Part shown: positions 47,501-55,436 of the stretch, one piece after another
Numbering within the stretch: position 1 is the first letter of the stretch
Layout of the letters: every line of letters starts with the position of its first letter
NCBI RefSeq assembly: GCF_001949145.1
Contig: NW_019091359.1
Span: 1,257,976 to 1,313,411, forward strand
Origin: Acanthaster planci
Lineage: Eukaryota
DNA length: 55,436 nucleotides
Direction: 5' to 3'
The notes under the pieces: model-generated
What the model saw: the letters and a program-made list of their open reading frames with translations, nothing else
Databases searched by the model: none
What the model was told of the DNA's origin: nothing
Position numbers and translations under genes: made by a program

Positions 47501-50132
47501 GATACATACCGGTACATGTACGTGTACATTTAACCAACAATTCACCACCCATTTTAGTCTGATAATTTAATTACGGTTGGAGTAAAAAAATTGAAAAGCT
47601 TGATAATCAAGTTTTTGATGACATCAGAAAGTTGCATATGGGTATGCCAACTGAAATCATAGAAAGCTTTGAGGTTTTGAAGGGGAACTTCTGTTGTCAA
47701 AATGCAGAATAATACCAAATTGGACTTTTCCTTTCATAAATTTCTCAAAGGGAAATTAGTCCACAGCATGTACCATTTCCTCCCAATTCCTATCTATTCT
47801 GATTGACTACTTCTGTGGAAATCATTTCTAATTTCCATCTTCAACCTTTTTTTTTCTTAGCGAAATTTTGGAGGTAGTTTTTATCTACACATAAATAGTG
47901 ACAACAGCTTCAACGCAAAGATGTCGAAAGACAGACGATTCGGGGGGCTTTTCCATCTGATGAAAGCAGACAGGCTTCCTGCCATGCTGTCAGCCTTCCT
48001 CGGAGAGCCGCATGTTGTCATAATGTTAGCCCTCTCAGCAACGCTCATCCCCTCATTACAAGGAGGATTGAAGAGGATTCTCTTACACATCACGACACAA
48101 AGCCAGCTTGAATTCAATCCCGCAGTTTCTGTTTAAATGCCAACACAAGGCCGTACATTAATCAGCCTGTGAGGGAACTGAGCCGTGAGACAGCAAAAGC
48201 GAAGCGGAGGTCACTGCTTAGTGCATCGGCGCTGAGGTGTCCATTGTCTGAAATGTGAACACACAAACAAAAAACCAGCCTCTCAGGCCGGTTGCCTTGA
48301 AAACGCTCCCCACCAATGCTCTCCTCACAGACCTGCCACTCACATTTGATACAGAGAGCATTACAAACCGAGACACCAGAAATTGGCAGAATAAAACCCC
48401 CATTTATCACGGCAAAGACAGCCACAAAAAGGGGATGTGTGATCAGTGACACATCATTTTACAGGAAAGGGGGGGAGGTTTAACAAATTTTGAGGAAAAC
48501 TGGACCCTGTTAAAAAAGGCAAAGGATAGTGAAAAAGTGCCAAATTAAAGTACACTGTATATTTGTAAAAATTGGGTGTTAATAAAAGGATGTTGTATAT
48601 ACGAGAAGTTTTATCATATTTTTGTGGGGTTAAAAGAACGAAAAAAGAGATCGGACTTAGTACAGTGGGTCATACATGTAGCTTTAAAACAAAAACGAAA
48701 TAATACAGTTGACTGCATTAAAGGAATGATTAGAACAAATCCATATGCAATGCAATTACAACAGGAACTGTTTGACATTGTTTTCACTTTTCAGTACCAG
48801 ACAAAAACAAATAAAAAATGCATGTTTGTTCTTTTTTTTTTTTTTTACAAGATTGGAGGATATCATGCACCTCAATGAAAATAATGATGACCCTTCAACC
48901 CTTCGGGGCATGATATGAAAAGACACATATCCCTGAGCTCTCTCTAGTGTTGTCTTACGCTCGCAAACGAAATGGGATATCCTCACCGACTATTTTCTTT
49001 TCTGCATGAACCTTTTTATGTAGCACCGAGAAATTTATTTTTGAGCAGGGGGAAAGGAAATCCTCCATTCAAAGAGATTCCAATGACCCCTCTGACATTC
49101 AGAAGATCCTCCCCAGACTGCTTCTTATCTCAAATAATCCCCTGTGAGTGTTACAGTGCCTTAACCTTTCCAACAAGGTGGAAGGAGGGGGGAGAATTGA
49201 GGGACGGAGGAAAAAAAACCTCCATCTCAACTCAATCACAAGATGTCTGCCTGACTGCTTAGAACAGGCAGCTGAAACAGCAAGCTCCTATCAGTAAGCC
49301 TTTTACAAGAGTCCTACGAGCCCCTTGCTGATTTACAATGCAGGGATGGAATAATCGGGGGGGGGCCTTGGAAGAGGGAGGAGAAGTGGGAAGTGTCGGT
49401 GGAAAAACATGGAGGCCGGATGATGAACACATGCAGCAGAGGTGGGGGAAACTACGGTACATCAGCACACCTTGAGCGTACACACCGTGGGTGTTCTCAT
49501 GTTGGACTAACAGGAGAATGGGGTTTCGAATGGGGAGAATCAACGCGCGAACATTGTTGGCGAACAAGATTCTTACTCTCCACTTTCTGGGGAGTGGATG
49601 GAGAACATCAAGAACAAAGCTGGCACATCAGGACATGGATTTTGGTTTTGTTACATAAAATAGAAAACACTCCTAATAAGGTAAATAAAACCCAGGGCAA
49701 ATACTCATGGCTATCCGAGAGACTTTACCCTGACCATTTAATATGGCTATTTGGTGACATTAATTTATGTGAGATGGTAAATATCATGCCATCTTTTCGT
49801 TTGGTGTAAAATGGCGACTCCTATCTCGACGTTCAGCACAACTGCACTCCTTCTGCACTTCAGCGTCGTAATCAACGACCCAAGAACACTTTTCGTCAGT
49901 CCCGTGAGAATGGGGTTTCGAATAGGCCCTGTATGTCTTTGATGGTGGCTCGCTGACTGAAACTCACCTCGGCTTGACGCTGTTTCTCCAGTATCTGCCG
50001 CTGCAAGTGCAACTCGTCGTTGGCCTGTATCAACTCCTGCTGCAGGGCCAGTTTCTTCTTCAGCGTGGCGTGCTTGTCACTGCGCTGCTTGGCCTTGAAG
50101 CTCTGCCACTTCTGGTACTGGTCCTCCTTCCT
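32304..50132 (-). CDS. Uncharacterised protein, 5'-partial gene span (about 550 aa visible): N-terminal coiled coil, acidic/Pro-rich disordered regions, conserved-looking C-terminal motif (possibly TSGA13-like)
   Basis: Eight GC3-rich exons with canonical GT-AG sites; phases chain correctly except for a 1-nt deficit in exon 37520-37373. Confidence 0.8.
33108..33528 (-). CDS. Exon, Pro/Asp-rich: GSDEEEPSYKKWLREMPSP...GTKTKL
   Basis: atccag| acceptor, |gtaagg donor, 421 nt, phase 0-1. Confidence 0.85.
33659..34303. mobile_element. Non-autonomous piggyBac-type DNA transposon (645 bp)
   Basis: Perfect 13-bp TIR CCCTCAAAGAGCC, flanks TTAA/GTAA, subterminal inverted ggcagaatctgccccc. Confidence 0.8.
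34735..34938 (-). CDS. Exon: VPDGERLQDGSYHQRV...RYHPSWIDE
   Basis: catcag| acceptor, GAG|gttcgt donor, 204 nt, phase 0-0. Confidence 0.83.
35592..35609 (-). CDS. Candidate 18-nt micro-exon LMRKIL
   Basis: tttcaccccacag|TTGATGAGAAAGATACTG|gtaggt; phase 0-0 fits the flanking exons. Confidence 0.45.
36129..36304 (-). CDS. Exon: GRAGVSALWGTLRDQ...KRSFYSEEG
   Basis: Poly-C cag| acceptor, |gtgaga donor, 176 nt, phase 1-0. Confidence 0.85.
36626..37197. mobile_element. Older piggyBac-type non-autonomous element
   Basis: TTAA-CCACTTCCTTCTGGG ... CCTGGCAGCAAGTGG-TTCA; subterminal direct repeats ggggagccc x2 and taggcttt(t)ata x2. Confidence 0.45.
37373..37520 (-). CDS. Exon with apparent internal frameshift: EEVDKDTLPHQQDLYKIFGRKQANYFLRPK / IEPEQKKVVPVPQSLRKQG
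   Basis: ctttcag| acceptor, GAG|gtaaaa donor; 148 nt where 149 are needed for phase 2-1. Confidence 0.75.
38649..38880 (-). CDS. Exon: ESERQEARTKRRAARKLAAKLQQ...SSSDEDDKDEDGEHDR
   Basis: aaacag| acceptor, |gtaagt donor, 232 nt, phase 1-2. Confidence 0.85.
40367..40439 (-). CDS. Exon: IREAKRQERRQMQEALTQRGKIDL
   Basis: ctgtag| acceptor, |gtaatt donor, 73 nt, phase 0-1; continues the coiled coil. Confidence 0.82.
43798..43825. repeat. (TACATG)n self-complementary microsatellite
   Basis: tacatgtacatgtacatgtgtacatgta. Confidence 0.8.
44102..44334. mobile_element. Tc1/mariner-type MITE (233 bp)
   Basis: About 31-bp TIR CACTACTCA..AAAGTTAAGGACCACTTTT flanked by TA on both sides. Confidence 0.85.
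45239..45277. repeat. Perfect 18-bp tandem duplication
   Basis: acagataaccattaatag x2. Confidence 0.9.
45773..45943. mobile_element. Degenerate MITE
   Basis: gcctaattttatgatgcc ... ggcatcttataacagggc imperfect inverted termini. Confidence 0.35.
49968..50132 (-). CDS. Exon, coiled coil: RKEDQYQKWQSFKAKQ...LEKQRQAE
   Basis: caacag| acceptor, |gtgagt donor, 165 nt, phase 0-0. Confidence 0.85.
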
Positions 50133-52800
50133 CTGTTGGCAACATGCACACATCAAGACAGGGAAGAGACACCAAGGTCAAAGTTTATTGTGGTGCAAAA
50201 AAAAACCCTTGGAAATGCCTCTTAGCTCAGGGGTGCTGTGCTGGCTGTTCACAAGGTGTGACAGACACCAGCCTGGTGGGTACTGCATTAGCAAGAACCA
50301 AGACCAGATTTCAAACGCCCAATGCTTTCACTTGCAATTTTCACATCAATCATTACCTGTAAAAGCTAGAAAAATTGGACGTCCATTTTTTATTTTGCAG
50401 GATAAAAAGAGGGAGCATCACTAGTTAGCATCATGGTACCGGTACGTTGTGGACATTTTCATATTTTGACTTCAACAACTGTTAACAAATTAAAATGTTC
50501 ATGTCCCAATAGGAGAAATGCCTTTGAAATACAAAAAATATTGTAAATAAAAATGAATTGTCATGATTAGAAAAGCAAAGAAACCATATCGGCCAAACAA
50601 GATGATAGCTTAACCAAATGCTGTCTAAACTTACATGTACATGTGCGTGTACAGCGAGATTCATAAATAGTAACATTGGATTTTGTTCTTCACAAACATC
50701 AGTGGATATGCAATGCTTCTGCACGTAAAAACTAGATTAGTGAAAGGAAAACTGACATTTAAATACATGTATGTACCCGTATTTTCACCTCCCTCAATTC
50801 TATTATTTGAAATGTCATCCCTGAAGCCTGGAATTTTAAGAACTTCGACGGGTACAGGGTGCACAGAGTACATGTGTTCGATGACAAACGGCCTAAAAAT
50901 TAAACAGCCAATCCCTGATCGAAAGGACATACGGTACACTGACGATTCATACATAATTCATTTTCACCCACTCATGCATAGGCATGTGGCCTATTGGTAT
51001 GCCATATGTGGCACCAAAAACAAAAGGACTCCTAATGCACAACCATACATTTACATGTACTTGTGCGTCACCAGACAAGAACAAAACAAGGCATAAATTC
51101 ATACAGACAGTATGGACAGAAATGAACGCTTTCCTAGCAATCCATTCAAGGATGGCTGTGCTTTGATGACATATGACTATTGCACCCATGTACAAGCTCC
51201 AATAGCAGCAGGGACAGCTACTTGTATAAACCAATTTCAAATGGCCAAGCCTTACCATAAATGACAATAATAGACCAAACCTGAGGTCAAACATTGGTAC
51301 ATGTGCATTGGTACAGTTTGTATACATGTATCACAGCTTTAGAGAAATCTGAGGAGATACTGTACCATTCCTGTGGAGTCACCACAGTTACACAAGGGTT
51401 TTAACTTGAGTGTATGCACGCATTTTGGAAAGTCACAACACCCTATAGGTCAGAGAAGAACGTGCGCGTACCACCTGTGTGCGAACAGGATGACCCCACA
51501 GTAACGGCTTTTACGGTACATGTAATTCTGGTTGTCGGATTAGTCCATACAGTGATACACAGCACTAAGATATGTACTGACACACGTACATCCTCTACCA
51601 GTGATCAAACACACAGCCAACCCATTAAAAAATGTTTTTAATGTGATGTATATATATGTACAAATACATGTGTCATAGTGTTTCCAATTTAGGGATACAA
51701 GAAGTACTTGAATATACTGGTCACACATAATTTTTTATGTAGTAAATAAAACAAACAAACCCCCAAAACATGCACATGTATTGTGACTAGGAGCCAAGGG
51801 AGTACTTTTTTTGGAATGTTTAATGCACTAAGACTGGTGTTGTTCATAACACGCTTGACATTTACACTGTAAACTGAGCATGAGATCATGTCCAACATTA
51901 TAACATCCTTCTCACTGCTAAATATCAAACGGCCAAGCAGCCCTCCAGATCAGGTCAAGGTCAAGATGACGCATTAAAGATGAAATGCGACCCACGCTCG
52001 TCCCAAGAGTCACTGCTTTACCATTATTACTGTTGGGGGCGAGCATTAATTCCCTTGACCGTGTGCTGGCCAATTACACTCATTCGCAATCACTCCTGGT
52101 CCTAAAAGAGCTCACCTCATGAAAACCAACAAATCCAGTCAGGCTGCACAGCAAGGGGGGGTGGGGGAATGCCGCAAGCACTTAACGCCCACTTCACGGG
52201 GAGCTTCCCCATCTGCTAATTCACTGGTGAATACCTCAGAGACCGTAGTGCCACTTTGCATGGCTTCCATCAACTCCCCTGGCCAGACTGGACACAATAT
52301 TCCCCTGGTGCACTGCCATCATATCGCTCCACACACCATTTAAGAAAAAAACAGTCTTGCAACGATCGGCCCCTGTGTGGGTGCGTGCGAGCGTGTGTGT
52401 CTATGTACACACTGTACCGATCGCAAATATCAAATTAATTTGACTTGGTAGTGGTTTGAAGATGGTCTGTGTGTACAGCGGGGATGGCACCGTCGTTTTG
52501 AATAGCAAGTAATATGATTATTCATGAGATACTTTGATGGACATGGTCAAAATAAGAGAGACTGTGAGTACGGCGGGTGCTATTCCGGGGGGATGGCCAT
52601 GGTAACTGCATCCAAATTATACATGAGCACTGCATACATACGTGTACAAAAAAAAACTGCAGATGGCAAGAAACAGCGATCACATCGAGATAGTAATACA
52701 CCTAATTGCTGGGGAATCAATACCCATGAAGTGGTAACTCGCCAGTGGCCACTCACTCATCCTTAATAAGACAAACCACCGCACAAATTGCTTGGGCTGT

Positions 52801-52814
52801 GTTACCACGGCAAC
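52801..52814. promoter_or_regulatory. RFX X-box motif
   Basis: GTTACCACGGCAAC, one mismatch from GTTRCCATGGYAAC; a second variant ATGGCCATGGTAAC lies at 52593-52606. Confidence 0.5.
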
Positions 52815-54948
52815 CCGCATGCCAACGGTACACTATCTAATCTGTCCCTTGGTATTTACACACTCGGCATCATTGCGCCTTGTTGTGCGGTGCAGAAATA
52901 AAAGTCTACAAGGAACGAATGGCACAGTGACAGTGTTTAGCAGTCTGTCTATTTCTGCTTGTCGCCAACAGTAGATCACTGCAAGAAAGTTCATCCAATA
53001 CTATGAGCAGCTGACAGAGTTTGCAGATGGGCAACATGAAAAGGATAAAAGTCTTTGATATAGACAGGTGATATGTGGCTGTATCAGGGAACGGTTCTGC
53101 TCAGTGTTCATTACTAACTTCACTGATCCTTCTGCTTAATAAAAGTGTGGCAGGAAGGGTAAATGAGTTAAGATTAAGATATTTAAATGATAAAAGATGA
53201 CGCACAAGTGCAAATGTCATGTACATTCCAACCCAAAGTTTAGAACTCATGAAGCATTGAGATATTACAGCGACAGTGGCGTGAATGCTTTGAGATAACA
53301 TGTACCGATATGATCCCATACAGCTACGTGTACTTGGTGAGATTTTTACATGCCAGATATGAACTGTGTACGCTGGCTGAAAAGAATTCAAATGAGAAAT
53401 GATTTCTTTTGTTCTGAATAAAAAAAAAAGTCTACATTCGGAAAGACGAAACAGAAGTGCATGATATTTGGAGACTTTTTAAATAGAATGTGTTGGCCTG
53501 AAGATACCCCTTACATAAAACATCCACTTCTTATGTTCGGTTTCAAATTATACCCTACATGTACATTGTACATACAAAGCACCTTGATGGTTAACTCAGG
53601 ATTTTCCAGGTGTTCAAAAGAAATTGTTTGAAAAAATCTTAAAATCAGGAAATTTCTGATGGAAAAAGAATTCTGAAATCCCCTGTGATTACCGGCCAAA
53701 AATGCCACGTGTTGTTAACAGCCAGTTACTAGTTTACAGCTAATTTTTTGCTGAGTACATAAATATACAGGTACTAATTAATATTTTCTATTCCAAATGA
53801 ACTCGGGCCTAGACAAAGAAAAAAATTGACAAAACAGATTAACAAGCATAAAAATCAATGAGATCAGTCCTCTTCCCTTCTCCAACCCCAATGGCCAGCC
53901 CACCTGCCAATAAGTACTTCCTACACTGTATCAAATACATTTATTTCCTCAATATAAAACTGGTTATCATGCTACTGTTCCTAAAACATGCTGAAGTCGA
54001 ACACCAGTCTATTTTCTTCATGAACCAATGAACACAAACACTCACCCGTGGGACTGTTTAGTTAATTTGACCGTTTGATATCACTGAGCATGGGGGATTG
54101 CTACTTAATGATTAGCCATTCCCTACACGGCCCGGCTCCCATTTCATGTCCCCAAGTCGAACTTCCCCCCCCCAGAGAATAAACACCGTAAATGATTTAA
54201 CATCCCACGTACAAGTGTTTTCCACAAGATTTCCAACTGATAGGAACTATCACAACAGACGGGAAGTTTTCATTAACAACAGTCTGTTGGCCTTAGCAGT
54301 GACAGGAGGAGGACGGGCAGGGAAAAAATGGGAGGGGGAAAAAGCGGGAGAGAAAAAAAAATGGAACAAGAGGAAGCAACGGCAGGCAAAGCAAGAAGCC
54401 ATACAGCTAGCCAAGTAGTACATCCCTGCCCAACGTGTAAGCGGATCTCCTATGATTGATTCCTAATATCTACAGCCCTGAGGATTGGTTTCAACAGCCA
54501 GTCACTATTAACAGGCTATCTCCTCCATCATGGGTAGGGGCTAGGGAAAGGGAGTGGCATAAACCAGGGGAGGGGAGGGCTGGGGGGGGAAGAGGAGAAG
54601 AGGAAAGGGAAAGGAGAAAGAAGATACTAAACATCCCTTGTGGCTGTAACCTTTGTGAATAATTGCTGGATATTGAAACTGCAGTTACTGGACAACGTAT
54701 GGAAAACCTACCCTCAGTGGGTAATGGGATTGGAGTCCCATACGCAGTGGCCCTTTCAGATTTGACTAATCTCTTGACGTGACAGCTACAGTACATCAAC
54801 CATGTAAAGTATCTGACCAGAAAAAAGCCAAGTTGTACAACGTCCTTCCATATCTTAAAAAAAAATCAGTTCGGTAAAGTGAACTGGCAGCCACAGCATT
54901 CAAAATTACATTTACCGGTAAATGTACTGTTAACTCGGGTTATTGCTT

Positions 54949-54974
54949 AAAGCCACTCTCCAAAGCCACTCTCC
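54949..54974. repeat. 13-bp tandem duplication
   Basis: aaagccactctcc x2. Confidence 0.85.
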
Positions 54975-55436
54975 TAGGGCAAGCTTTGAGCTCACAATGC
55001 AGGTACACAGAAAAGAAGGAATTTGAAGTTTTCATTTGACACTTAACTAATATACTTCCTTTGAAGTTTACAATGAGGGAAAAACAGCACATACATGTAT
55101 ATGAAACAAAGTAAAGTTCCACCATCATTGAAGACAGAAATTGGAAAGATGACAGACAACACTGTCAGACTGCACAATGTTAATCTGTGATGAATAAAAC
55201 AACCTACACGTACCAACTTTGTTGGAAGGGAACAAGATACATGTATTATCATCCAGAAGCATGTCACAATCTGTCATAGGCCATTACAAACTGCAATCTC
55301 CATTGCACCTGTGAAGGATTTCTTGTATTTTATGTGCATAGTACACTGCTTTCACCACCAAAAGAAATGATACTGAACTTATAAAAAGACAGGTGATTTG
55401 TTTGCATTTCCTGTAGCTTATGCTCATGGCTATAAA

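Noticed and set aside
1..55436. Prokaryotic systems (operons, CRISPR arrays, defence islands), rRNA or tRNA genes
   Set aside because: The DNA is spliceosomal-intron-containing animal sequence. I saw no regularly spaced repeat-spacer array and no rRNA or complete tRNA cloverleaf; the only tRNA-like sequence is a SINE head.

Overview
Intron-rich animal genomic DNA, not prokaryotic. The short AT-rich introns, GC3-rich exons, abundant TACATGTA/AGGCCT motifs and MITE types suggest a marine invertebrate, probably a deuterostome (echinoderm or amphioxus; inference). Most ORFs in the supplied track are spurious. Manual splicing gives four genes. (1) The 3' two-thirds of a GAT1-like SLC6 Na+/Cl- transporter (+, 257-7750, 8 exons). 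(2) A complete SLC2A13/HMIT H+/myo-inositol transporter (-, about 26236-13007, about 619 aa) with one GC-AG intron and an AG|GTAAGT recursive-type site. (3) A small secreted prepropeptide not recovered whole by the ORF track (+, 28319-30144, 110 aa): signal peptide, short pro-segment, one EGF-like domain ending in an amidation signal (GKR), and a basic amphipathic tail. This is the most novel object in the window. (4) The 3' part of an uncharacterised coiled-coil/low-complexity protein gene (-, 50132-32304) with a possible TSGA13-like C-terminal motif, an apparent 1-nt frameshift and a candidate 18-nt micro-exon. Genes 3 and 4 have convergent poly(A) signals only 8 bp apart. Several MITEs (piggyBac-, Tc1/mariner- and Harbinger-like), a tRNA-derived SINE and short tandem duplications are present. 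Everything was read by eye; no database searches were run.
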